A DNA stretch of 64,000 bases from an uncultured Methanolobus sp. (GCA_963675495.1 OY776215.1:1344001-1408000); one strand, 5' to 3'; shown: positions 40,316 through 49,005, numbered from the stretch's first letter. Program-made: numbers and translations. The notes: generated by a model from the sequence alone, not told the origin.

Positions 40316-40419
40316 AATTTACCTCAATGCGTGGTACTTTAATTTAAATATAAATATAAAGTATATAATTAGTATTTAATACATGTGCCTGTGTGCCTAA
40401 TGAACAGGGAATGTATTAA

Positions 40420-40587
40420 TCAATCTTCCCTTATCGGAGATATTTTCAGCAAACGATCAATTTGTCCAATATCCAGTTTCCTGTACAGAGAGGAAATGAC
40501 ATGTTCAGAAACATTTGTCCAATTCTGGCTTGAACGATCAGCGTTCCATCCATTGAATTTTTGCTGTGTACTATTATTGTTCTTCAT
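40420..40587 (-). CDS. Candidate 55-aa small protein (below the ORF-track cutoff)
   Basis: MKNNNSTQQKFNGWNADRSSQNWTNVSEHVISSLYRKLDIGQIDRLLKISPIRED*; GGAGG 4 nt before the ATG. Confidence 0.35.
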   Translation of the reverse strand: MKNNNSTQQKFNGWNADRSSQNWTNVSEHVISSLYRKLDIGQIDRLLKISPIRED

Positions 40588-40588
40588 T

Positions 40589-40760
40589 CATCCTCCAATT
40601 TCGGATAAGAGACATCTACCGGATAGGGGCAGACATCCCTTAAACGAAGGGGTGGTTGGTTGTTGGTATGTCGGTGACACCTGGTTGGATGTGGTTGGGG
40701 GGTTGATGTCACCGAATTGAATTGTGCCCGTTAGAGCAATAGCACTGACAGGCAATTCCC
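40589..40760 (-). ncRNA. Structured ncRNA / leader, copy A
   Basis: Stem 40671-40715 (11 bp, C/A-rich loop) and stem 40607-40641 (14 bp with 4 G-U on the minus strand, loop CCUAUCC); homologous to copies B and C. Confidence 0.7.
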
Positions 40761-40771
40761 TAATTCGTATT

Positions 40772-40836
40772 TTTAAATAAAAGCATGCTTATTTCAAAAA
40801 GATTTAAAAATAACTACATTTGATTAATAAAGCTTT
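40772..40836 (-). promoter_or_regulatory. Regulon promoter copy A: AAAGCTTT-N38-AAGCATGCTTTTATTTAAA
   Basis: Same two-part signature as at ~47.1, ~49.0, ~52.4 and ~52.9 kb. Confidence 0.65.
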
Positions 40837-41501
40837 ATAAACAATTTAATAGTGAAAAAACAGTTTATAATAAAAATAAAAGCTTATTTAATCTATTATA
40901 GCACTTAAAAATAGCTAAAAAGTGCTGAAAACTAATATTTAACAAAAAATATAGATTGCCTTATCAAAAATGATTAGTATGCAGAAATACCCAAATAAAA
41001 ATAACAAAAAACATTCATTTACTAATCCAATAAGGAAAAATGCATCAGCACACCTTTCTCAAAATTTTAGATCTTGTATGTTTTTTCAGCTTCGATGCCA
41101 AGTTCTATGATTAATGAGTGATTTAAAAGTTATTAAAAGCAAATTGATACTTCATTTAGATTTAAAACAAATAATTGGCATTATAATAAATCATTGATGA
41201 AATTGTATGAGATGCCTTCCAGAAGGAGATGGCAACTAACAAAATGCCTGTAATCAAATGACACAATATATTGACATAACAAAGTATGGAAAAATAGAGG
41301 GTGCAGAAATCCTGCTAATCACAACTTGAATTCTGCAATTTTATGCTCTGTAGAAATCCTACCATGCCATGATTATCTTGAGTGAAAACGAAGGGTCCGG
41401 CAAAGCCAGTGCTTTCCCAGAAGATGAAACAAGATTTCCCGATTTGGATATAGAATGGGATGAGTGACACCGTCATCCTGAGACAATAGTGTCTCTACTC
41501 C

Positions 41502-41582
41502 CAATTCAAAGCATCAGGTTAGATACTACGTACCAGACAGGCATATTTTATAATATCGTTCGCCTCCCTTCGGCCAGCGTCT
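41502..41582 (-). pseudogene. Relic of a DUF1566 lipoprotein 3' end with its downstream flank
   Basis: Aligns with 42662-42740 (shared GGCGAACGATATTATAA, GTCTGGT and flank CAATTCAAAG) with two 1-nt indels. Confidence 0.7.
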
Positions 41583-41599
41583 GTTGATGAAACTGCCGT

Positions 41600-42406
41600 T
41601 TAACTTTCTTCTGCTGTGGGTGTAGTTTCATATTCTATAATAAAACCATAAGCTTTCCCGCCTGATTTCTCAAGACCATAAGTTCCATGTTCTTCTGAAT
41701 AATCTCCCCAGGTTGAAACCGGAGCATTCATTTCACCAAAACCCAGAACTCTCTGACCATAAATTGAATCTCCTGAATCATTTGGTTGTGTATTATCTCT
41801 TGGATCCTGATCAATAATTCCGTCATCTAAATTAGCTGCCCAATTGGTATACTCCCAGGCCTCACCGCTAAGCCAGTTCCAGTCCTGATCAGGATTTTCA
41901 GTAACTAAAATTTGATAACCGCCCAGGTGTGGACCGATCATAATTTCATAATGATTCATTTGATTTTCATCCCCATTCCATTCAGGGAATGGCCAAAAAT
42001 ATTTCTCATCAGAAACAAGTCCAAAGGCAAATTCATTTTCTGCTTCACTTGTAATTGAAACTAAATAACCACCAGCTTCTTCAGCCAGATATGCAGCTTG
42101 ATACCAGTTCAAATTTCCAGTTGGAACATATATAGCTTCATAGTAGTGGGTATTTCCATCATCATTTTCAAAAGATTGAATTTCTTCTCTCTGATAACTG
42201 ACATCTGAAGGTAACTCATCCCAGGTAAAGAACTCTGTATCAGTTGATAATTCAAATTCAACTCCATTAATTACTTTTATTTGAATCTCTCCCAATCCTT
42301 CATCACTTTCTAACACTTCATCATCTGACGCACACCCTGCAAATGCTACAAGAGAAAGTGAAACCAGAAGTACTAATGAAATAAATTTTAATTTATTTTT
42401 ATTCAT
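41600..42406 (-). CDS. Lipoprotein with a C-type lectin-like domain
   Basis: Lipobox FAGC; HYYE..NWYQA..AGGYLVSITSEAENEF..WNWLSGEAWEYTNW..QPND; AT-rich. Confidence 0.78.
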   Translation of the reverse strand: MNKNKLKFISLVLLVSLSLVAFAGCASDDEVLESDEGLGEIQIKVINGVEFELSTDTEFFTWDELPSDVSYQREEIQSFENDDGNTHYYEAIYVPTGNLNWYQAAYLAEEAGGYLVSITSEAENEFAFGLVSDEKYFWPFPEWNGDENQMNHYEIMIGPHLGGYQILVTENPDQDWNWLSGEAWEYTNWAANLDDGIIDQDPRDNTQPNDSGDSIYGQRVLGFGEMNAPVSTWGDYSEEHGTYGLEKSGGKAYGFIIEYETTPTAEES

Positions 42407-42447
42407 ATTATATACCTTGAAATTAATTCTAAAAAAGATAATGTGGT

Positions 42448-42525
42448 TTATAGATCGAACTTTGGGTTGATCTGCTGGTGGCCCACCAGCGCAACAAAGG
42501 CAATTATCAATAAATTGTTCTTCAT
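42448..42525 (-). pseudogene. Internally deleted lipoprotein paralog (signal-peptide start fused to gene end)
   Basis: MKNNLLIIAFVAL is joined out of frame to ggtgggccaccagcagatcaaccc (GGPPADQP), the 3' end seen in the 46359 and 44616 genes. Confidence 0.75.
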
Positions 42526-42634
42526 ATTATCCCTCAATCGCCTTATCTACGATTCTGTTATTGATTTAAATGATTCTTTTGTACTTTTTTACTACAAGTT
42601 GAGTAAAAATATTAATAAAAAATCTGAAAATAAA

Positions 42635-42661
42635 AGAATGAGGATTTATATTCCTCATTCT
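42635..42661 (-). terminator. 3' hairpin AGAATGAGGA..TCCTCATTCT after the DUF1566 gene
   Basis: 10-bp inverted repeat followed by T runs on the minus strand; same arms at 47253-47305. Confidence 0.55.
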
Positions 42662-42678
42662 CAATTCAAAGTGTCGAA

Positions 42679-43875
42679 TCAGACATCCCGCACCAGACGG
42701 ACATAGTTATAATATCGTTCGCCGCCTTCGCCCAGCGCTCCACCTTCATATTTGGTATCGAACCGTGCAGCACCGGCACCATGCGAATCACTGCCGCTGG
42801 CATCGGGTGCAGTGCCAAAGGCAACATACCAGGCGTAGTAGTATTCCAAGCTGTTACCACCGAAGTAAGCACTGGTACTAGTCCAGAAGTATCCGTAATC
42901 CGTGTCGTATTCCGTTGTTCCTGCAGGAAGCTCGGTGATGTCGAAGTAGTCTGTGTCAATAGCAGGACCAAGATCCTCCTCATCATCCGCACTTGGGGAT
43001 GAGCTATAATCAACGATGCTCTGAAGCTCTTTCACATTGGGCAGACGCCAGTCATCGTAGCCGGCAAGTGTAGAATCCTCAGCATATTCAAGAGCATCTT
43101 CCCAGTCCATTCCAGTGCCACTGTCTGCCTGTTGCCACATCAGACCTGTGGCTTCATCAGTGACCGTGCCGTCTCCATTTGCCTCGAAGTCATTAAGACC
43201 ATATGAATCGCCTCTAACTGCACGCACATACTTAGCCATCGGACCGTTAACTGTTGCAGGATATGCCTTGATATGTCCCGTTCCGTGATTCACTCCAAAA
43301 GCTGCATCAGATCGACCTTCCACAGTTGTGCCAACGTAATAGTTAGCAGACCAATATTGTTCATCTTTGCTCACACGTGAACCTGAACCTACCAGCTCAA
43401 AATAATCCGTATTTATGTAAGGCCATCCTTCTGAGAAGTCATTAAGGGAATACAATTCCTTCATAGTAGGCATGCGCCATTCATCATAACCACCCAGTTC
43501 CAGGGATTCACAGTATTCATTTGCTTCTTCCCAGTTCAAGGTGGCATCTATCGGAATCTGCTGCCACATCAGTCCTGTAATATCATCCGTTATTGTGCCG
43601 TCACCGTTGTCAGTATAACTGGCTTGCAGGCCGTCAGATTGAGCATCTTGACCATAGAACGCCTCTCCTTCTTCAGGGCAGTCTATTTCGTTTCCGTCAG
43701 CATCATAACATGCAGTCTGGCTGGTGTCAACAATCGGGTATGTCAGGCCGGTAGTGACCTGTTGCATTGATGTCGATTCGGCATCATCTGCATCTGTCTG
43801 TTCTGTGCAGCCGGAAAGCGAGATGGCAAGGACCATCATCGCAACAAGAGCGATTTTTAATAAATTTTTCTTCAT
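42679..43875 (-). CDS. DUF1566 (Lcl C-terminal) double-domain lipoprotein
   Basis: Lipobox LSGC; DNGDGTxTDxxTGLMWQ, GYDxWR(L/M)PxxKEL and YVR(A/L)VR, each twice. Confidence 0.85.
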   Translation of the reverse strand: MKKNLLKIALVAMMVLAISLSGCTEQTDADDAESTSMQQVTTGLTYPIVDTSQTACYDADGNEIDCPEEGEAFYGQDAQSDGLQASYTDNGDGTITDDITGLMWQQIPIDATLNWEEANEYCESLELGGYDEWRMPTMKELYSLNDFSEGWPYINTDYFELVGSGSRVSKDEQYWSANYYVGTTVEGRSDAAFGVNHGTGHIKAYPATVNGPMAKYVRAVRGDSYGLNDFEANGDGTVTDEATGLMWQQADSGTGMDWEDALEYAEDSTLAGYDDWRLPNVKELQSIVDYSSSPSADDEEDLGPAIDTDYFDITELPAGTTEYDTDYGYFWTSTSAYFGGNSLEYYYAWYVAFGTAPDASGSDSHGAGAARFDTKYEGGALGEGGERYYNYVRLVRDV

Positions 43876-43944
43876 ATTATTCCTCTGTTATATGATTATA
43901 TTTCAGTTTCAAAATTGATTACAGCATATCAAATTTATTCTATT

Positions 43945-44394
43945 TTACTTTTCTTTTTCTTTAGCCATGATTACTTTCTGATAAAAAACCAGATATAAGA
44001 GTAATGTTGATAAACCTAAGATCAAAAAGATAATTTGCATCTCTAACTCATAGCTTGCTGAATTAAATAATAGTTCTAATAATGATGCGGTAAAAGTGAT
44101 TTCCATAAGATATTTGACACTCAGATGATGATTCTTGAAATAAGCCATAAGTACCTTGTATGCTTTTACTAGAATCACAATTGTTGCAACTACTTCCAAC
44201 CACATAATTGCTTGACTATGAAAATTTATAATTTCTCCTGAATAAAACATACGGAGTATCTCACGAGAAAAAATCACCACCCCAATTGTTGAATGTAAAA
44301 ACATAAACAATATTAGCACTACTGTCGGAATCAAGACTGCATAAGAAACAACCTTATCTAATAATTCTTCAACTCTTTGCTCTTCCATCTTCAA
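43945..44394 (-). CDS. Four-TM membrane protein, PsiE-like
   Basis: Hydrophobic helices with YFKNHHLSVKYLMEI pattern; AT-rich. Confidence 0.55.
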   Translation of the reverse strand: MKMEEQRVEELLDKVVSYAVLIPTVVLILFMFLHSTIGVVIFSREILRMFYSGEIINFHSQAIMWLEVVATIVILVKAYKVLMAYFKNHHLSVKYLMEITFTASLLELLFNSASYELEMQIIFLILGLSTLLLYLVFYQKVIMAKEKEK

Positions 44395-44568
44395 TTACCT
44401 ACTAATAAAATATAAAAATTAAGGCCCTCATGCAGTAATCTTTTCAATTGAACCCCATGTTTTATTCGCATCTCCCATTGAACCTGAAAAGTGCATGATT
44501 TTGAATCAGAGACTTCCGGCGGAGAGTAGAAAATAAATATTTAAACTCTATGAGGAGATTGTAAAATT

Positions 44569-44596
44569 ATGGCTGCCTCTCTGAAGGGGCAGCCAT
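44569..44596. terminator. Hairpin ATGGCTGCCTCT-CTGA-AGGGGCAGCCAT
   Basis: 12-bp stem 3' of the 44616 gene; paralog at 46311-46338 carries a compensatory change. Confidence 0.55.
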
Positions 44597-44615
44597 CATA
44601 CCTTATAGATCAATT

Positions 44616-46133
44616 TTAGGATTGACCTGCTGGCGGTCCTCCGGCAGAAGTTCCTAAAGCTTCCATGAGAACTTCTTCAGTAACACCAAGTTCAGCTGCT
44701 GCAGCTGCGAAATCAGGAGGAGTCTGTCCAGGCTCACCTAATGCTGCTACCAGTTCGTCCTCAGTTATGCCTAATTCTGCGGCTGCAGCTGTGAGATCAG
44801 GCATTTCCTGTTGCTCTCCGGGACCACCGGATTGTTCATCATCCGGGGCACTTCGATCATCGGGACCACTACCTCTATTACTCATACCTGTGTCACCATC
44901 CTCGAATACAACAACCCGATCGGTATCGATGACACTTGGATCTCCATCCGGTGTTTCGACGACATCACCGCCGCGTACCAGGCGCACATAGTTGCCCGAG
45001 TCATCGGAAACGTCTACCGATTTTCTGTCAAAACAAATCGAGCCTGCACCATGCAAGTCGTAGCCGTCCGGGTCTGCGTTGTAGCCGGAAGCAAGGAACC
45101 AGGCAAAAACGGTGCCGCCATCGATATCGTCGCCATCACCTTCTATCGGATTGGACGTACTTGACCAGTAAAATGGATAATCGACCTGCTCGGCTATCAC
45201 ATCACCAGTCTCAGAATCATAAACTACATTTGTGATCTCTGTCAAGTCGAATACGCTTGTATCTATGGCCGGAAATGAGCCGGAGTAATCCGCAATACTC
45301 TGCAATTCTTTGATATTGGGCAGACGCCAATCATCGTAGCCAGCATAGGTGGAGTCTTCAGCATAGGCCAGGGCATCTTCCCAGCTCATTGCCTCACCAC
45401 TGTCTTCCTGAGACCACATCAGACCGGTTGCTTCATCAGTAACAGTGCCGTCACCGTTGTCAACAAAATCATTGATGCCGTAGGATGTATCGCCACGAAC
45501 AGCACGCACGAATCGATTACCGCTCATCGCTTTGATGTGTCCGGTCCAGTCGTTGACAATAAATGCGGGATCGCCTTGAACCTGCTCGTTCTGATACTCA
45601 CTTTCGACCAGGTAGAGATTACTTGTCCATGAATGATGCTGAGCAAGATCAGAACCATCACCTACCAGGTAAAAGTAGTTGGTATCGATCCATGGCCAAC
45701 CTTGTGAATAGTCCCTGAGAGACCACAGTTCTTTCACCGTAGGCAGGCGCCAGTCGTCATAGCCACCCAGTTCCAGGGATTCGCAATATTCATTCGCATC
45801 TTCCCAGCTCATGGATGAGTCTGAAAGATCCTGCGCCCAGACCAGACCGGTCACGTCGTCGGTGACAGTACCGTCGCCGTTGTCGGTGTAGCTGGGAGTG
45901 ATTCCTGTGTATTGTGCATCCTGTCCATAAAATGCATCACCTTCGGCAGGACATTCAATGCGTTCGCTATTGTCGTAGCAGGTACCCTGGTTTGTATCCA
46001 CAATTGGATATGTCAGGCCAGTTATAGATGTTGATCCAGTATCTGCTGTATCCGTCTGCTCCGCGCAACCGGAAAGCGAGATGGTAATGACCATCAGCGC
46101 AACAAAAACAATTTTCAATAAATTATTTTTCAT
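44616..46133 (-). CDS. DUF1566 double-domain lipoprotein with a C-terminal (AAAELGxTE)2 helical module
   Basis: Lipobox LSGC, two Lcl domains, tail GGPGEQQEMPD..AAAAELGITEDEL..AAAAELGVTEE. Confidence 0.85.
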   Translation of the reverse strand: MKNNLLKIVFVALMVITISLSGCAEQTDTADTGSTSITGLTYPIVDTNQGTCYDNSERIECPAEGDAFYGQDAQYTGITPSYTDNGDGTVTDDVTGLVWAQDLSDSSMSWEDANEYCESLELGGYDDWRLPTVKELWSLRDYSQGWPWIDTNYFYLVGDGSDLAQHHSWTSNLYLVESEYQNEQVQGDPAFIVNDWTGHIKAMSGNRFVRAVRGDTSYGINDFVDNGDGTVTDEATGLMWSQEDSGEAMSWEDALAYAEDSTYAGYDDWRLPNIKELQSIADYSGSFPAIDTSVFDLTEITNVVYDSETGDVIAEQVDYPFYWSSTSNPIEGDGDDIDGGTVFAWFLASGYNADPDGYDLHGAGSICFDRKSVDVSDDSGNYVRLVRGGDVVETPDGDPSVIDTDRVVVFEDGDTGMSNRGSGPDDRSAPDDEQSGGPGEQQEMPDLTAAAAELGITEDELVAALGEPGQTPPDFAAAAAELGVTEEVLMEALGTSAGGPPAGQS

Positions 46134-46310
46134 GTTATTCCTCTGGGATTTAATTGATTAATATTGATTATTAAAAATAATAGAATGATCTCAGGTTTCT
46201 CTTCATGTCAATTATAAGTCCACATACATTTGGTTCTTCGATTTCGAATAAGAGACCCTGCGGAAAGGATAAAATAAATATTTAAACTTTTTTGATGGGA
46301 TTGTGAAGTT

Positions 46311-46338
46311 ATGACTGCCTCTCTAAAGGGGCAGTCAT
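46311..46338. terminator. Hairpin ATGACTGCCTCT-CTAA-AGGGGCAGTCAT
   Basis: Paralog of 44569-44596 (GGC/GCC changed to GAC/GTC). Confidence 0.55.
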
Positions 46339-46358
46339 CCACGTTTTATAGAGTTAGC

Positions 46359-46802
46359 TTAGGGTTGATCTGTTGGCGGCCCACCTGCAGAAGCTCCTAA
46401 AGCTTCCATAAGTGCTTCTTCAGTAACACCAAGTTCGGCTGCTGCGGCTGCGAAATCAGGGGCGCCCTGGTCAGGGTCTCCTAATGCCGCTTCCAGTTCT
46501 TCTCCGGTTACGCCTAATTCAGTGGCTGCAGCTGCAAAATCAGGCATCTCCTGTTGCTCCCCTGGACCACCGGGTTGACCATCTACCTCTTCATCATTTC
46601 TGACTGCATTTTCTTCAGAATCCATTTCTGGTTCAGGACGATCATCATTTTCTACTGGCAATTCTGATGTTGAATCAGCGGTTGTTTCCTGCTGAGATAT
46701 GGATTCAGTATCTTCTGCACCTGTCTGCTCCGTGCAACCGGAAAGCGAGATGGCAAGGACCATCAGCGCAACAAGAGCTATTTTTAATAAATTATTCTTC
46801 AT
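46359..46802 (-). CDS. Small lipoprotein: signal + acidic linker + (AAAELGVT)2 module, no Lcl domain
   Basis: N- and C-termini very similar to the 44616..46133 protein. Confidence 0.8.
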   Translation of the reverse strand: MKNNLLKIALVALMVLAISLSGCTEQTGAEDTESISQQETTADSTSELPVENDDRPEPEMDSEENAVRNDEEVDGQPGGPGEQQEMPDFAAAATELGVTGEELEAALGDPDQGAPDFAAAAAELGVTEEALMEALGASAGGPPTDQP

Positions 46803-46898
46803 GTTATCTTCCTTTTGTATAAATAGTTCATTATATTTTTAAATGATTGAATGTTGAATACATCATTTTGAACGATAAACCTACCCCATAATTTGCAG

Positions 46899-47063
46899 CA
46901 CCACCGAACAGAGTAATCTGCGGATAGGTACAGACACCTCTTAACAATTGGTGGTTGGTTTTATGGTGGCACCTGGTGATTGGAGATCAATTTGAATGGT
47001 AATGTTCAGGTGCCACCATTATGGGGGATTGAATACTTCAGCAATCATTTGCTGGACAAATCC
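46899..47063 (-). ncRNA. Structured ncRNA / leader, copy B
   Basis: Perfect 13-bp stem ATGGTGGCACCTG/CAGGTGCCACCAT (46963-47019), 3' stem with loop ACCUAUCC, 5' hairpin CAGCAA-AUGA-UUGCUG. Confidence 0.72.
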
Positions 47064-47076
47064 TAATTTGAGATTT

Positions 47077-47137
47077 CTAATATAAGCATACTTATCCCAA
47101 AAGATGGAAAATAGTCCGAATTTAGAAATGAAACTTT
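47077..47137 (-). promoter_or_regulatory. Regulon promoter copy B: AAAGTTTC-N36-AAGTATGCTTATATTAG
   Basis: Shared two-part signature. Confidence 0.62.
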
Positions 47138-47322
47138 ATAGTGCATTTAATAACACATATATATTCCATAATTGCCTTTAAAACTTATTAACAGACTATT
47201 TGGGTTTTAATTAATATTAAAATAAATAAAAATGGGTTTTTAATTTGTCATCAGAATGAGGTTTATGGGACAACTCTACCATACGATAGTGATGGCCCTC
47301 ATTCTCAATTCAAAGTATCGGG

Positions 47323-48642
47323 TTAAATATCCCGTACCAGACGCACATAGTTATCAATTCTTACGGCATCACCCTGCGGGCCGTTGCCTTCTGGATAATC
47401 TGATGCTTCACCTGCTTTGGGATCGCTCTTCTGTGCTCCTGCGCCGTGCACATCCTGCCATTCATCTTCCATATATCCCATCGACCTGCCAAAAGCTACA
47501 TAGGATGCAGCACCGCCGTTTTCGTTCGATGATGCATGTGTTGTTCCACTCCAGAAGTACGGATAATCTGTCTCACCAGCTTCGTTTGTAATCGCTGTGC
47601 ATTCAAATACCGGATCGATTGCGGCAGATTCTGAGGTGTCAGGTGAACGTGAGTAGTCAACAATGCTCTGGAGCTCTTTTACATTCGGAAGGCGCCAGTC
47701 ACTATAACCAAGATAGGTTTCATCATTCTTTGTCTGAACCCATGCGAGCGCCTCTTCCCAGTTCATGCTAGTCCCACTGTCTGACTGTGACCAGACAAGA
47801 CCTGTTGCCCCATCGGTAATTGTACCGTCACCGTTGTCTGAAAAGTTGTTTATACCGTAATCCGGATTGCCCCTGACACAGGTGACAAAGAATGTTTTAT
47901 CACTGTTGAACAGGGTCAGACCATAGCCCTTTATTCTGCCATCGGCAAAATTCACACCGAATAGTAAGCTGTCCTCATATACATACAGTGTTTCTGATGC
48001 GTACTGCGAGTCAATGATGCGCTCGCCCGCATCTGTATCTCCATATGCGAAACTAAAATAATCTGTGTCGATAAATGGAATCAGGTCTGAGGTGTCAGTC
48101 CCTTCGCTGGGATCAGTACCACTGAATCTTATTAATGAATATTGTTCCTTGATGGTCGGGAGGCGCCAGTCGCTGTATCCCCCATAGTTTTCCGCATTAA
48201 GCTCGTCCACAAATTCCTGTGCCTCGGACAATGTGAGTTTATCTTCTGCAAGGATTTCACCGTCACCATTGGTATCCGGAGATTGCTGCCACGTCAATCT
48301 GGTGACTTCATCATAGACTGTAAGTCCGTCACTGCTGATTGCGTAGGACGGTTGGTTACCAGAATACTGTGCATCCTGTCCATAGAACGCTTCGTCTTCC
48401 TCCGGGCAAGTGATCTCGGTGCTAGTGTCGTAGCACATCATCTGGCCGGTATCAACTATTGGGTATGTTAGACCAGTAGTGGTGGTCTGTTGTGTAGATG
48501 TTGATTCAACATCTTCTGTATCCGCCTCTTGCGTAGATAACGGTTCAGTATCTTCCGCATCTGCCTGCTCCGTGCAACCGGAAAATGAGATAGCGATAAG
48601 CATCATCGCAACAAGAATAAATTTTAATGTATTTTTCCTCAT
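47323..48642 (-). CDS. DUF1566 double-domain lipoprotein
   Basis: Lipobox FSGC; TYPIVDTGQ, YGQDAQY, GYSDWRLP twice, HGAGAQKSDPK, YVRLVR. Confidence 0.85.
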   Translation of the reverse strand: MRKNTLKFILVAMMLIAISFSGCTEQADAEDTEPLSTQEADTEDVESTSTQQTTTTGLTYPIVDTGQMMCYDTSTEITCPEEDEAFYGQDAQYSGNQPSYAISSDGLTVYDEVTRLTWQQSPDTNGDGEILAEDKLTLSEAQEFVDELNAENYGGYSDWRLPTIKEQYSLIRFSGTDPSEGTDTSDLIPFIDTDYFSFAYGDTDAGERIIDSQYASETLYVYEDSLLFGVNFADGRIKGYGLTLFNSDKTFFVTCVRGNPDYGINNFSDNGDGTITDGATGLVWSQSDSGTSMNWEEALAWVQTKNDETYLGYSDWRLPNVKELQSIVDYSRSPDTSESAAIDPVFECTAITNEAGETDYPYFWSGTTHASSNENGGAASYVAFGRSMGYMEDEWQDVHGAGAQKSDPKAGEASDYPEGNGPQGDAVRIDNYVRLVRDI

Positions 48643-48827
48643 ATTATTCCTCTATTATATGTTTTGCAATTTTGATAATTAGTTCTCGTGGTTTCATATC
48701 ACTTTTTTGCTACAATTAAAATATTAAATGATATTAATATTAGAATTTTAAAAAATTGATGATACGTGAAAAGAAAATGATTGAGATTTAATAATCCTGA
48801 TTTAAAACATGATTTTACGTAATAGAT

Positions 48828-48993
48828 TCACCAGCATCGAATAGAGGCATCTGTAGATAGATACAAATGCCTCTTAACGATTGGTGATTGATTCTAGATG
48901 ACACCTGTAAGAGGTTGGATAGGTTGGTGGTATTCAGGTGTCACTGCTGAAAATGGTGGTACGTTTCAGCAATCACTTGCTTGACAAATTCCC
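48828..48993 (-). ncRNA. Structured ncRNA / leader, copy C
   Basis: Stem TGACACCTG/CAGGTGTCA (48899-48943) with C/A-rich loop; 13-bp stem 48843-48874 with loop UCUAUC. Confidence 0.72.
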
Positions 48994-49005
48994 AATTGTT
49001 TATTT

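Noticed and set aside
40385-40720. 111-aa plus-strand ORF
   Set aside because: Antisense to ncRNA copy A and the small ORF; no recognisable protein features, and the ORF track shows no counterpart at copies B and C.
41369-41467. Short plus-strand coding-like stretch (MIILSENEGSGKASAFPEDETRFPDLDIEWDE*)
   Set aside because: Only 32 codons, no SD and no recognisable family; may be a fragment but cannot be supported.
41500-48700. Complete diversity-generating retroelement
   Set aside because: No reverse transcriptase or Avd gene in the window, and the candidate template differs at non-A positions and by indels; kept only as a low-weight check.
40589-48993. ncRNA copies as MITEs or REP-type DNA palindromes
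   Set aside because: No terminal inverted repeats or target duplications seen; pairing depends on strand-specific G-U, and each copy keeps the same upstream promoter and orientation.
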